DNA of 64,000 bases from an uncultured virus (IMG/VR IMGVR_UViG_3300025012_000068) (taxonomy: Duplodnaviria; Heunggongvirae; Uroviricota; Caudoviricetes): IMG/VR virus record IMGVR_UViG_3300025012_000068, positions 1 to 64,000 of that record. One strand, 5' to 3'. Both the position numbers and the translations under genes were made by a program. Numbering within the stretch: position 1 is the first letter of the stretch; every line of letters starts with the position of its first letter. Below, piece after piece: positions 27,945-37,615 of the stretch. The notes beneath the pieces are model-generated. The model was not told the DNA's origin. It did no database searches and was given only the letters and a program-made list of their open reading frames with translations.

Positions 27945-29774
27945 TTAAAAAGCTCCGGTTGTTTCAGATCCAGCTTCAGCTGTTTCAGATCCACCACCCG
28001 CTCCAGCAGTTTCTGTTCCAGGAGCTGATACCTCAGCTGTTCCAGTTGGAGTAGGCTCTCCTCCTAAATCAGGCCCAGCTAGGCCTTCTCCTCCAGCTGT
28101 AGTTTCTGGAAATCCGCCGCCAAATTCTCCGCCTAATTCTTCAGAACCTTTTAGTTCTTCATCAGGCCTTAAAAAACGTCGTTTATATGCATCATTTTGT
28201 TTTATATCATCATCAGTTAGCTTACCAAATTTTCTTAATAAATATTCTGTTGAAAAATATGGCTGGCCAATATCATTTTTAACAGCCGATAAATCATTAA
28301 CTGTAGCAACTCTTAATTTATTTACTTCAGCGTCTTTCATTTCTTCAAATAAGTTATCATTATTAAATCTAACGCCTATACTATTTTTAAATTCAGCATC
28401 ATTTTGTAAAGCGGGTATATCAATGCACATCTGTAAATATACAGGCTTTAGTATTATCTCTTGAAATACTGTCCTAAGCCTTCTTATAAATTTGCCATAC
28501 CGTATTTCATCTCGACTAATGCCATCAGCTCCAATTTTCCATTCTCCCATACCGCTTTTAGAATCAAATCGGCTAAACGGTATTTTAGTATCCATTTTTA
28601 ATTTATTACTAAAATAATTTAATAACTGAGAATCACTTAAATTTGGTCCAGGATATTCTAAAGCTTCTATATTAATATTCTGCCCTTGATCATTTTGAGG
28701 TATTACATAGTTTTTATAATATAAAAGTTTAGCCTCTCCGTCTACTGTAACTTCTCCGCTATCTTGATTAAAGAAAATATCTTCTTTATATAAATTTTTG
28801 TATTCAACAACATCTTGCCACGCTTTTTGAATTGACTTACTTCCAATAGGAACAGTAGTTTTTAATCGTATTGGGGCATTCATCGTATGCCAAATAATTT
28901 TACTATTTTCTACTACCCTAACTAAATTGAAAGATCTAATTAGCCGTTCAACATAACTAATTCTTCTAGTTTTAAATGCATTAGAAAATGATATATATAT
29001 AATTTGACTATCTTTTAATATTATCTGTTTTCCTGTTGATTTGTCTAACTGTATCCACTCTAAATGTAGTTTTCCATTAGACCCCTTCTCTACTCTCGGT
29101 GATACTGTACTAGGATCAATTTCTTTAAATCCAATTATCTCCTTTGGATTAGACGGATTATCATAAATTATCTCAAATGTTAAAAAACCATCTATTAAAT
29201 ATTGATACGCATACATCCATGCGCTGTCGCCAATATTAAATCCCCATGCATTATATATTTTATCAAATGCCCTCTCATATCCTTCTAATACTTTATCAGA
29301 AAATTTAATTTTCTTTTTATCTATTTCTTTCTCTTTACCAACCTTATGAGTTTTAGGTTTTTCTCCTTTATCCAATTTTTCATCAAATCCACCTGTTAAA
29401 TCGATTGGATAACAAAACCTATTATTATCATCATATACAACTAAATCATTAGCAATAGTCTCTATCGCAAACTCAATCTCAGAATTTGATGCAACCTCTC
29501 TTAATCTTTCTATTCTACTCTTATAATCTAATTGAAAAAATGCAATAGCCTTATTCTTTAAAGCACTAGTCGTATCACTTAATGCCAAAGTATACTTCAA
29601 TAAATCATTACCAACATACTGACCTGACATCTTGGCCTTTAATTCTCCCTGTATGTAACCAATTGATTTTGAATTAGTTAGTAGAAGGTCGTCATATTTC
29701 ATTCCAAATCTAGATAATTTATCTAATGCATTGCCAAAGGATGTACTGCTAAACGAATCAAAGAATCCTGCCAT
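27945..29774 (-). CDS. gp20: portal protein (T4 gp20-like)
   Basis: EIEFAIETIAN, IDG, KIPFSR and ISRDEIRYGKFIRRLR motifs; acidic Gly-rich tail. Confidence 0.85.
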   Translation of the reverse strand: MAGFFDSFSSTSFGNALDKLSRFGMKYDDLLLTNSKSIGYIQGELKAKMSGQYVGNDLLKYTLALSDTTSALKNKAIAFFQLDYKSRIERLREVASNSEIEFAIETIANDLVVYDDNNRFCYPIDLTGGFDEKLDKGEKPKTHKVGKEKEIDKKKIKFSDKVLEGYERAFDKIYNAWGFNIGDSAWMYAYQYLIDGFLTFEIIYDNPSNPKEIIGFKEIDPSTVSPRVEKGSNGKLHLEWIQLDKSTGKQIILKDSQIIYISFSNAFKTRRISYVERLIRSFNLVRVVENSKIIWHTMNAPIRLKTTVPIGSKSIQKAWQDVVEYKNLYKEDIFFNQDSGEVTVDGEAKLLYYKNYVIPQNDQGQNINIEALEYPGPNLSDSQLLNYFSNKLKMDTKIPFSRFDSKSGMGEWKIGADGISRDEIRYGKFIRRLRTVFQEIILKPVYLQMCIDIPALQNDAEFKNSIGVRFNNDNLFEEMKDAEVNKLRVATVNDLSAVKNDIGQPYFSTEYLLRKFGKLTDDDIKQNDAYKRRFLRPDEELKGSEELGGEFGGGFPETTAGGEGLAGPDLGGEPTPTGTAEVSAPGTETAGAGGGSETAEAGSETTGAF

Positions 29775-29775
29775 G

Positions 29776-30831
29776 TTAATTATTTTTTATTATTTTATTT
29801 ATTTCATTTATTAAATTATCAATTTGAACTGGAGTAATTGTAGAATAAAAATTATATTTCCATCTCCAATCTAAATATGTATCGTATATTAAAAGTGTAG
29901 GTTTATTCATACTTGCACTTAAATGTACAGTAGAGGTATCAACTGATATTATTAAATCCATTTCATTTATTATAGATGTTGTATCTTGAAAATTATTAAT
30001 CGTATGTTTAATCATCCAATCTATATTTTCATCTTTTTGTAGATTATGATATTCTATAGTATTAAATGATAATTGTTTTTTTATTTTTTCTAAAGAGATT
30101 GACCTTAAATTTGAATTAGGAGATATTGCATTAGTTTTCCAAACAATACCTATCTTTTTAATATTAGACTTGTTTGTTGTATTATTAAAAGTATAATGTC
30201 GTGTACCATAGTTTAATGTATATGAGCTAAAAAGATCTCCTGATGCTATCCATCCATCAAACTGTTGAATAAATTTTAAATCAAATTGTCGTTCTTGAAA
30301 AAGAGTTATATTATTTAATTTAAAATTATTTTGAAATAATGTAAACATTTCTGGATAAATCTGATAATGACAGTTATTTACTATTGTATCTAATGTTGGT
30401 AATACTCTAGAAAATAATATTTCATCACCAAATCCTTGTTCATTTAATACTAAAACGTTTTTATTTTTTAGTTGTTCAATATTTGTAAATTGGGTAATCG
30501 GTAATCTTGGAAATTTAAATCTATCTCCGTAATATCTATACTGGTATAATGATAAACCTTCATTTAATTTATTATTAAACAAATAAGACAAGGCAAGTTC
30601 ATATCCAGACGATTTATAGTCATATTCATAAAAAGATTTTTTAAATAAGCGTTCTGCATTATCATAAGAATATAATGATAAATAGCAAAGTCCCATGTTA
30701 TAATATAGTATTCCTAAATCATTATAGTATAGATAGGGTATTGCTTTTTTATAAAAATTTAAAGCTTCTTTATAATTTCCAGTATGGTAGTGGGATATTC
30801 CTAGTTCTACTAGTTTTTTTGGATTTTTCAT
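29776..30831 (-). CDS. TPR plus glycosyltransferase family 9-like protein
   Basis: N-terminal TPRs; EQGFGD, DLIISVDTSTVHL and DWRW motifs. Confidence 0.75.
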   Translation of the reverse strand: MKNPKKLVELGISHYHTGNYKEALNFYKKAIPYLYYNDLGILYYNMGLCYLSLYSYDNAERLFKKSFYEYDYKSSGYELALSYLFNNKLNEGLSLYQYRYYGDRFKFPRLPITQFTNIEQLKNKNVLVLNEQGFGDEILFSRVLPTLDTIVNNCHYQIYPEMFTLFQNNFKLNNITLFQERQFDLKFIQQFDGWIASGDLFSSYTLNYGTRHYTFNNTTNKSNIKKIGIVWKTNAISPNSNLRSISLEKIKKQLSFNTIEYHNLQKDENIDWMIKHTINNFQDTTSIINEMDLIISVDTSTVHLSASMNKPTLLIYDTYLDWRWKYNFYSTITPVQIDNLINEINKIIKNN

Positions 30832-31445
30832 TAACTGGCATTCTTTAAAATCATGTCATAAATTTGGTTAATTCCAATGTTTTTATGTGTGACTATACTT
30901 TTAGTATATAATAGCGGTAATATAGTTAAATCTTCCCATTCTAATATTTTAAGTTTAACCATTTTCTTTTTATCATATGAGTTTATAGCAGGTCCTAAAT
31001 TAATATTAAATAAATCTAAAATTGTTTTTTTATTTATAGGTACAATTTTCCAGTTAGATAATTCTTCGTCTATATTATATGAAATATATCCTTTATACAT
31101 AGTTTTCCAGTATATTGTTAATAATTTTAGTTTAAGAGGATATGGAATAACATTAAAGTTTAATCCTATCTCTTTACCTGATTGGTCTTTTCCTAAACTT
31201 AATATAATTGGTCTTTTGTCTATATACTTGTTTTCAGTTTGAGCAAGGGCTATTGAATCAATTTTTTCATTATAATAAAAAGTATAAAACATGTTACTTA
31301 TAAGTTTAGAAGGTAAAGTTTTTATATAGTTTTTTCCGTTATTTACGTATTTTTCGTTATATATTTTTTCAGATTCGTTTTTTGCCGCTCCAATGGATCC
31401 TGACGCATCTATAAACTCTTTAAAAAAATCATCAAATCTTTCCAT
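30831..31445 (-). CDS. DNA end-protector-like protein (T4 gp2-like)
   Basis: YTFYY...DKRP...GLNFNVIP; adjacent to the gp4-like gene. Confidence 0.5.
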   Translation of the reverse strand: MERFDDFFKEFIDASGSIGAAKNESEKIYNEKYVNNGKNYIKTLPSKLISNMFYTFYYNEKIDSIALAQTENKYIDKRPIILSLGKDQSGKEIGLNFNVIPYPLKLKLLTIYWKTMYKGYISYNIDEELSNWKIVPINKKTILDLFNINLGPAINSYDKKKMVKLKILEWEDLTILPLLYTKSIVTHKNIGINQIYDMILKNAS

Positions 31446-31984
31446 TATCCTATTGTGAAATTACCCGTTTTATCTTCTGTTAAAACTCCAAATTTCATAT
31501 TTTTTGATTTAGCGTATTTAAGAGCAGCTTCAAATTTAGCTTTGTTTACTAAATATGTAATCATATCTTTATTATAATTATTGATTTTTTTGGTAGTAGT
31601 ATTTCCTTTTATATTTTCAGGTTTTTTAGTTTGTTTAAGAGGTTTTATTTCAACTAACCATGTAACATTGGTATCATTTGGAGTTTTTACTTTTATTATA
31701 AAGTCTACATAATAATTTCGGTATTTAATATCTTTGTATGTTGGAGTTAAATTTTCTTTTATTATATCTATAGGCGAAATATAAGGTATTGCAATTTTTT
31801 CACTACTCCATTTTACAATATTAGGATTCATATCACAAAAATGCATAAACTTATATTCCCAGGATGACCTATATATCGGGAGGCTAGACAAGTCCCCACT
31901 ATATTTTTCTTTATTTACTGGATTAAAAAATCCTTGATTAAATCTACCATTTTTATTTGGCTTTAAGTCTTTAATATTTCTCAT
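31445..31984 (-). CDS. gp4: head completion nuclease (T4 gp4-like)
   Basis: YRSSWE, WSSE, YYVDF, EIKP and NKAKFEAA motifs. Confidence 0.85.
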   Translation of the reverse strand: MRNIKDLKPNKNGRFNQGFFNPVNKEKYSGDLSSLPIYRSSWEYKFMHFCDMNPNIVKWSSEKIAIPYISPIDIIKENLTPTYKDIKYRNYYVDFIIKVKTPNDTNVTWLVEIKPLKQTKKPENIKGNTTTKKINNYNKDMITYLVNKAKFEAALKYAKSKNMKFGVLTEDKTGNFTIG

Positions 31985-31995
31985 TATTCAAATTT

Positions 31996-32406
31996 TTAAA
32001 TTGAGTATATTTCATCATCACCTGATAAATTTAGTGAGATATGCTTAACTGGACCGTCTGATCCCTTTAGTTTATACATTTTATTATATGATAAAGCAAA
32101 TGCATTATTTACAACAGTTGTAAAATATGAAAAAGCATTAGGCCCATATTGAGAAACAGTTGGATCAAAATTTCTCCAATACTTTAAACAATTTTCAAGA
32201 GCAGTTTGTATACAATCTTCCATATCTTCTTGATTTTTATGATGAAGCCTTTTTGTTCGTATTGTACGATTTGCTAATTTTATAAAAAAATTAACAGCAG
32301 CAGGTGTCAATTCATTTTTCTCTTTACATAAAATAATCTCATCGCTAAATTCTTTATTTGAAATATAATATTTATCAGTTTTAACTAGCCGTTTTCTTTT
32401 AACCAT
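31996..32406 (-). CDS. gp55: late-transcription sigma factor (T4 gp55-like)
   Basis: YISNKEF, KYWRNFDP and NAFSYFT motifs. Confidence 0.75.
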   Translation of the reverse strand: MVKRKRLVKTDKYYISNKEFSDEIILCKEKNELTPAAVNFFIKLANRTIRTKRLHHKNQEDMEDCIQTALENCLKYWRNFDPTVSQYGPNAFSYFTTVVNNAFALSYNKMYKLKGSDGPVKHISLNLSGDDEIYSI

Positions 32407-33085
32407 TATTTTTTATATTATTTTTAATGCTCTTAAAAAGAGTCAATACTCCTAAATATGAGTCAATTAAGTCATTTATTGGGCTTTCTATTAATTTACC
32501 ATTATTAATTCGGTCTTCATTTTCTATAATAAATTTATAAAGCTCTGACTTTTTTACAGTATCTAATTCTGGGTCAACTTTAAATTTATTAAAAATTGCA
32601 AATTTATCAGCATTACCTTTGCATGTCATAGCATTTTTCATTTCACCTGGTGAAAAAATAAAAAGTCTTGATGAATCATTATTTAATAATTCAGTCAAGA
32701 CTTTATACCGCAAAATACCAGTAGAAATAGATAAATCAATTAAAATATTACCTTTAGACGCAAATGAAATTCCTTCAATTGCTACAATAGGAAGTTTACC
32801 ATTTAAATTAGATTTAATTAAATTTATAAAATGTGTAATATTCTTTGAATATCTATCTAATTTAAACCTTTGTTCAGCTGAATATGTAACAAAGTGAGGC
32901 TTAGTTTCCTCACATATTTTTATAGAAGTATCAGATAATGAATCTAACTCTTCTAATAATCTAGTTTTATTTTTTGTGAATTTATAATCAGATACTATTG
33001 AACCCCACTTAAAAGTAGTAAAGTCAGTGCAGCAAAAAGAAGAGTTTTTTATTGAATAATCAATGCCTATGAAAATAGATGACAA
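32399..33085 (-). CDS. RuvC-like Holliday junction resolvase
   Basis: IGIDYS, AIEG, KGNADK and DLIDSY motifs. Confidence 0.7.
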   Translation of the reverse strand: MSSIFIGIDYSIKNSSFCCTDFTTFKWGSIVSDYKFTKNKTRLLEELDSLSDTSIKICEETKPHFVTYSAEQRFKLDRYSKNITHFINLIKSNLNGKLPIVAIEGISFASKGNILIDLSISTGILRYKVLTELLNNDSSRLFIFSPGEMKNAMTCKGNADKFAIFNKFKVDPELDTVKKSELYKFIIENEDRINNGKLIESPINDLIDSYLGVLTLFKSIKNNIKNNG

Positions 33086-33190
33086 CTACATTTGAATAAT
33101 TTTAAAAATTATTATATTAAAAAAAATAATATTTGTTTCATTATTTTAAATTTAATTAGCGCTTCATAAAAAAGGTGTAAATCATAGTGT

Positions 33191-33261
33191 ATATAAGTTT
33201 TGTTTACAAATCTTTATAATTTTTTCGTTCATAATACTGATTTTATTATAGTTTAAACATA
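33191..33261. repeat. second copy of the about 70-bp array-flanking repeat
   Basis: Matches 15561-15632. Confidence 0.6.
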
Positions 33262-33339
33262 TCGTCAGCCATTATAAACAAGTGCTACATTTCGTTCCCA
33301 AATAGAGTTCCTGCCTGTGAATCTTTTTCTTTTTTTTTT

Positions 33340-33585
33340 CTACCCTCTCTTTTTTTCTTTAAATGCGGATTTTGTTTTATCAGAAAATTTCTTCAAATCC
33401 TCTAAATTTAATCCAAATTTTAGTTCAGAAAAACTTTCAATAGCCCCAATTAAATCGGTCAATTCGCATATTTGAAGAACTTTATCTTCTTATTCAACCG
33501 CATCTTTTAGTTCTTCCATTTCTTCTTGTATTTTAGAATACTCACCTAAAACTCCTTTTGTTATTTTTCTTTTATGATAACCCAT
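33340..33585 (-). pseudogene. small helical (MazG-like?) ORF with an internal TAA
   Basis: MGYHKRKITKGVLGEYSKIQEEMEELKDAVE*EDKVLQICELTDLIGAIE...; stop at 33490-33492. Confidence 0.55.
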
Positions 33586-34123
33586 TTTTATACAAATTAA
33601 TTATTTTACTCAATCTTGGTTCAGCACAACCAGTTGCATATATCCATTTCAAAAACTCATTTTCTCTTATTCCGTATGAACCTAATTCATTACCTTTATA
33701 CTCAATATCAAACCCTATGCTAGTTTGAATTATTTCTATTTCAGGTATACATCCTTTCAAAAAATTAAAACAATATTCTACTACTTTATCAAGTTCAGCA
33801 TTATTTACAACATCGGTTTTTATTAGTTCATTTTTAATAAAATACTTAGTGTGTGAATAGTCAAAACTTTCAAATCTAAAACATGGTGTTGTTGTTTGAA
33901 ATTGTCCCTTTGGTAAGAAGTCTTTTAAATATAGGTATAAAAAACTCTGTTCGCCAGAAGCTACTAAGCACTTACTGTTATGTTTTAATTGAAAAGATAA
34001 CATGTCTTTTGGCTTAGTTAAATTATCAATATACTCTGAAACAGTCCAAGGGGTTTCAATCCTAATAAACCCTTTACTTTCATAGTAATTAATTGAATCT
34101 GATATTATTTTGTAATCAATCAT
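33572..34123 (-). CDS. class II aminoacyl-tRNA-synthetase-like catalytic fragment
   Basis: GFIRIETP (motif 1), SGEQ, PCFRFE...F...EL (motif 2), ELGSYG...GCAEPRL (motif 3); no anticodon-binding domain. Confidence 0.65.
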   Translation of the reverse strand: MIDYKIISDSINYYESKGFIRIETPWTVSEYIDNLTKPKDMLSFQLKHNSKCLVASGEQSFLYLYLKDFLPKGQFQTTTPCFRFESFDYSHTKYFIKNELIKTDVVNNAELDKVVEYCFNFLKGCIPEIEIIQTSIGFDIEYKGNELGSYGIRENEFLKWIYATGCAEPRLSKIINLYKNGLS

Positions 34124-34156
34124 ATTTTTATTTTATTTTCCAACTGCACCCAACAC

Positions 34157-34384
34157 TCAAATTTGGAATCCCTCTGGATATTTAGTTGGGGTCCTTTCAA
34201 TTTCACCGCCTTTACTTATCGTTGATTCACCGCATTTTTTACACTTCATATTTGGTATTACATTGTCGTGATAATATCGGTCATCATAACCTGAATTATC
34301 CATTTCTTGATGTTGGCAAAATTCACATTCCATTAAGGCGGTGAAATCCCTGCGGTGTTGGCTGATAAGTTTCTTAATTTTCAT
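34157..34384 (-). CDS. cassette ORF, Zn-ribbon hypothetical
   Basis: QHRRDF...CEFC...GYDD...CKKCG. Confidence 0.6.
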   Translation of the reverse strand: MKIKKLISQHRRDFTALMECEFCQHQEMDNSGYDDRYYHDNVIPNMKCKKCGESTISKGGEIERTPTKYPEGFQI

Positions 34385-34430
34385 TTTGTAAATTGTTTAA
34401 TTGCCACACTAAATTTATTTTTTTACAGAC

Positions 34431-34529
34431 ACCTAACATCAGGTAGGCGATATTGCCGTTATGAGCCTGAGTGCTTTGATTTAAACTTTGTGGTAAGCCT
34501 CACTATCGCCTACCTGCAAAACGTTATAT
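34431..34529 (+). repeat. attC-like hairpin site
   Basis: ACCTAAC-AT-CAGGTAGGCGATATTG / CACTATCGCCTACCTG-CAAAAC-GTTATAT. Confidence 0.85.
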
Positions 34530-34637
34530 TCAATACAAAAATAAGAAATAGTTTTGATATATTAAAATATTTAGTACTTTATTTTTGAACTAAATATAAC
34601 AAGTAAATATAATTAATTGATAATCAATCTACTAAAT
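34523..34637 (-). promoter_or_regulatory. putative promoter cassette, copy 4
   Basis: Near-identical to 8946-9060. Confidence 0.7.
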
Positions 34638-34651
34638 AATAAATGATTACG

Positions 34652-35401
34652 CTATAAAGTTTTAAGTTCGTTAAATAAATTTATAAAATATGAAGTTAAT
34701 TTATGTCTTACAATATCACTATTTGTTAATTCGACTGCTCCAACCCCATCCATTGGATTTTCATTTATTTTTTTATGAATAAACTCTAAAGAACTATCTT
34801 TTTTATTTTTAATATCTATTTGGTCAGTATCCCCTAAAATAATAAATTTACTATTTTGTGACATTCTAGTTAATAGAGTTTTAGCGTTATCATGATTAAC
34901 ATTTTGAAATTCATCACTTATTAGAATAACATTATCAAAAGACCGTCCTCTTAATGTACCTAGAGCTTCAAATTTAATTAGGCCTAACTCAATTAATTTA
35001 TTAGTTAAGTACTCACCAATTAATTTATTAAATGAATCCATATATGATGCCATATATAATTTTAATTTATCTTTCTCATCCCCTGGTAATATTCCTATAT
35101 CTTCATTACGAAGTTGAGTTATAGATTTAGTTAAAACAATTTTTGAGTATATGTCTCTATGTGTTTTTAATAAAATTAAAGCTTCCGCACATGATAATAT
35201 AGTTTTACCACATCCAGCTGGTCCTATACATATAGTAACATCATTTTCTTTTATTGAATTTAATAATTTCTTTTGATTTTCTGATTTACATTTTATTTCA
35301 ATATGTATACTTGATAAAATGTCTGGATTAAATGTTTTATTAGTTATTTCTAATAATTCTTGTTCATCTTCTCGGGTTAATTTCTTTTTTTTAGGTTTCA
35401 C
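34652..35401 (-). CDS. phoH: PhoH-family ATPase
   Basis: GPAGCGKT, LRGRSF, DEFQN, LLTR, GDTDQID and DIVRH motifs. Confidence 0.9.
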   Translation of the reverse strand: MKPKKKKLTREDEQELLEITNKTFNPDILSSIHIEIKCKSENQKKLLNSIKENDVTICIGPAGCGKTILSCAEALILLKTHRDIYSKIVLTKSITQLRNEDIGILPGDEKDKLKLYMASYMDSFNKLIGEYLTNKLIELGLIKFEALGTLRGRSFDNVILISDEFQNVNHDNAKTLLTRMSQNSKFIILGDTDQIDIKNKKDSSLEFIHKKINENPMDGVGAVELTNSDIVRHKLTSYFINLFNELKTL

Positions 35402-35461
35402 ACAAAAAAATATTTTTTATAAATTTATTTATTTCAAAATACTTACTGATTCTTTTAATTG

Positions 35462-36031
35462 CTAAATCCCAGCATTACCTTTACACTTGTCAAGTCCGCC
35501 GCTGTTATCAGTTTCTTCTTTTTTAAATTGAACTTCACAATGTCTCAAAAAAGATTCCATTTTATTAATAGAGGGTAAGTGTCCTTTTCTAATGTTTTCA
35601 AGTAGCATGTTATTTTTTCCATTAATTGATTTACCCAAATTTAACCATTCAGTTAATCGTTCTTCAATTTCTTCATCAAACACAATTTCTTCTCTATGTT
35701 TTTTTGTACGTAAAAAATAGTACGCATCTCTCACTGTTGGACTTCTATTAACTCCAGCATGACAATGAAGTAATACAGAAGCTCCCTCTTGTTCGACTTG
35801 CCATATTATTTTTAATGCTGCATATAAACTGTTTAAACCCATATCACCTACTCGCTCATTCATTGGAAACCAAAAATATTTAATACCTCTTTCCATTGCA
35901 GTGTCATGGCACTCACCTGAGTATTCATCACTAACATTAATAATGTAGTCATAGTGTGCTTTTAAAATTTCAGAAGGTAATGGAAACTTATTAACAATTA
36001 ATCTAGTAGTAAACCAGTCGTTAAATTTCAT
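35462..36031 (-). CDS. dual-specificity protein phosphatase
   Basis: HCHAGVNRS (CX5R). Confidence 0.8.
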   Translation of the reverse strand: MKFNDWFTTRLIVNKFPLPSEILKAHYDYIINVSDEYSGECHDTAMERGIKYFWFPMNERVGDMGLNSLYAALKIIWQVEQEGASVLLHCHAGVNRSPTVRDAYYFLRTKKHREEIVFDEEIEERLTEWLNLGKSINGKNNMLLENIRKGHLPSINKMESFLRHCEVQFKKEETDNSGGLDKCKGNAGI

Positions 36032-36033
36032 AT

Positions 36034-36375
36034 TTAAAAATTATTTATTAAATTAAAAAAAGACTCCCAATCTGGCTTATCTTCTAATACGCTAATCTTC
36101 CTATCGCTTTTTTCTACAATATTATTTAAAACTCTAAACCCAAATTGAGTAGCTAATCCATATGTTTTTTTGTGACACTTATAGCAGCTTCCACTAAACC
36201 CAATAAAATAATAATACTCATCATCCGTATTAACTTTATCAATTCCAGAATTGAGCTTCCACTTATCTGTACCTAAATACCCACCTGCCCAAGTACTAAA
36301 TACTTTATAAAATGTTCCAATAGGGCCATCTATTTTTATAATTACCCATTTTTCAGGTATATCACTTATAGTCAT
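36034..36375 (-). CDS. conserved phage hypothetical protein
   Basis: PEKWV...WAGGY...WKLNSGI...GFSGS.Y.C. Confidence 0.6.
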   Translation of the reverse strand: MTISDIPEKWVIIKIDGPIGTFYKVFSTWAGGYLGTDKWKLNSGIDKVNTDDEYYYFIGFSGSCYKCHKKTYGLATQFGFRVLNNIVEKSDRKISVLEDKPDWESFFNLINNF

Positions 36376-36441
36376 ATGTTTTTTTGATAAATACTTCCAT
36401 AGTTATTTTTTTAATAAGGTAAAAACAAAAATAATACATAC

Positions 36442-36497
36442 TGCTAACATCGTATAAAAAACATTAAAACGATTTTTTATACGCAAAACTGCTAGTT
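36442..36497 (+). repeat. short attC-like hairpin site (core GCT)
   Basis: TGCTAAC-AT-CGTATAAAAAA / TTTTTTATACG-CAAAACT-GCTAGTT. Confidence 0.7.
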
Positions 36498-36502
36498 GCA
36501 AT

Positions 36503-36838
36503 TTAAACGAACTCCCAACTAACAACTTCATCCATATCTAAATAAATCCTTTCTTTAAACATTCTATTAATCACGAATTGAGTATCACCACAATTATTTA
36601 TACTCACTAAAAAAGATTTATATTTTTTACCATTTTTTAATGTTATTTCAACATCCATCCAACAAGGCGGTAGTTTAGGAAAATCTTCTGCTTTGTTTCC
36701 TGATTTTAACCACAAATTACATATTTTTTTATGCACAGATAAATCTTTTTTTGTAACATAATCAGCAATCGTTTCCAAAGATAAACTGCCACTAACATGT
36801 GTTTGGCAAAATGAATGTTCAGTAATTCTATTTGTCAT
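36503..36838 (-). CDS. cassette ORF, hypothetical
   Basis: FCQTHVSGSL leader from the hairpin. Confidence 0.6.
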   Translation of the reverse strand: MTNRITEHSFCQTHVSGSLSLETIADYVTKKDLSVHKKICNLWLKSGNKAEDFPKLPPCWMDVEITLKNGKKYKSFLVSINNCGDTQFVINRMFKERIYLDMDEVVSWEFV

Positions 36839-36915
36839 TTGTTCTTAATTTTAAAGTTTAGTTATTCTATTTAGCTTCAGGTTTAATCACTTCGCCAAGC
36901 CTGACACCATTATAA
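36790..36915 (+). repeat. attC-like hairpin site (core ATT)
   Basis: CACTAAC..TTGGCAAAATGA / TCACTTCGCCAA..ATTATAA. Confidence 0.65.
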
Positions 36916-37036
36916 GCCATTGGCGAAAAACCAACTGTTCGCTTCGCCTTATAACACAGGCTCGGCAAAAAGGCTTACTTTATCACGTCGTATTATCATT
37001 TCTTTTAAAAAATTTAATAAATAAAAAGCCTACACC

Positions 37037-37450
37037 CTATTTGTTATAACTTCCTTGATAGTAATGAAACTGTTTTAATTTTCCTTCATGTTCCCATTTA
37101 TGTAATCCCAATTTATCAATTACTTTCATAATTATTTGGCTTTCTTCCTGTACAGTATATGATAATATATCAAATGTTTTTTCAAAATCTTCTCGGCTCA
37201 TCTCTTTTAATTTTGGGTTTCCAATATCCTTTGTTCCTGCTAATGGTAATTGCCAATCTTTTCTAATATCCGAAATCATTACTGTAATATTTTCATTAGG
37301 TATTGGGTATTTTGTTTCAATCATCAATGGTTTGTCCACCTCTTTTTTGAAAGCCAAATACACATTTGTTGGTTCTGCAGTTTTACAATATTCTTTTACA
37401 ATTTCTGTAATTTGTAAAACTGTTTTTTCTCTTAAATTATTTGTCGTCAT
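37037..37450 (-). CDS. cassette ORF, hypothetical
   Basis: 137-aa ORF between sites. Confidence 0.55.
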   Translation of the reverse strand: MTTNNLREKTVLQITEIVKEYCKTAEPTNVYLAFKKEVDKPLMIETKYPIPNENITVMISDIRKDWQLPLAGTKDIGNPKLKEMSREDFEKTFDILSYTVQEESQIIMKVIDKLGLHKWEHEGKLKQFHYYQGSYNK

Positions 37451-37519
37451 CTTTTTTTTGTTTTAAATAGTTTTGTTTAAATTTTTAATTAACATTCTAC
37501 TAAACTAACCACACCGATT

Positions 37520-37615
37520 TTATAACAATTACTTTATACAAGTTTGTCATCAACTCTACTGCTAAATGTTAAGTGTCCGTATGGCAAACTGGGCATAAAG
37601 TACCGGCCGTTATAT
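37520..37615 (+). repeat. attC-like hairpin site
   Basis: TTATAAC-AAT-TACTTTATACAAGTTTGTCAT / ATGGCAAACTGGGCATAAAGTA-CCGGCC-GTTATAT. Confidence 0.8.

Larger units (their letters stand above)
33271..34637 (+). mobile_element. cassette array 4 (partly decayed)
   Basis: ATT core at 33271, half site ACCCAAC at 34148, full hairpin 34431-34529, promoter cassette at the end. Confidence 0.65.

Noticed and set aside
33490..33492. Stop-codon recoding
   Set aside because: Single in-frame TAA; long core genes translate fully with the standard code.
7144..37615. Cassette hairpins as plain rho-independent terminators
   Set aside because: Loops are long, U-tracts are absent, the AAC/GTT cores are fixed with a consistent spacer asymmetry, and ORFs read through them.
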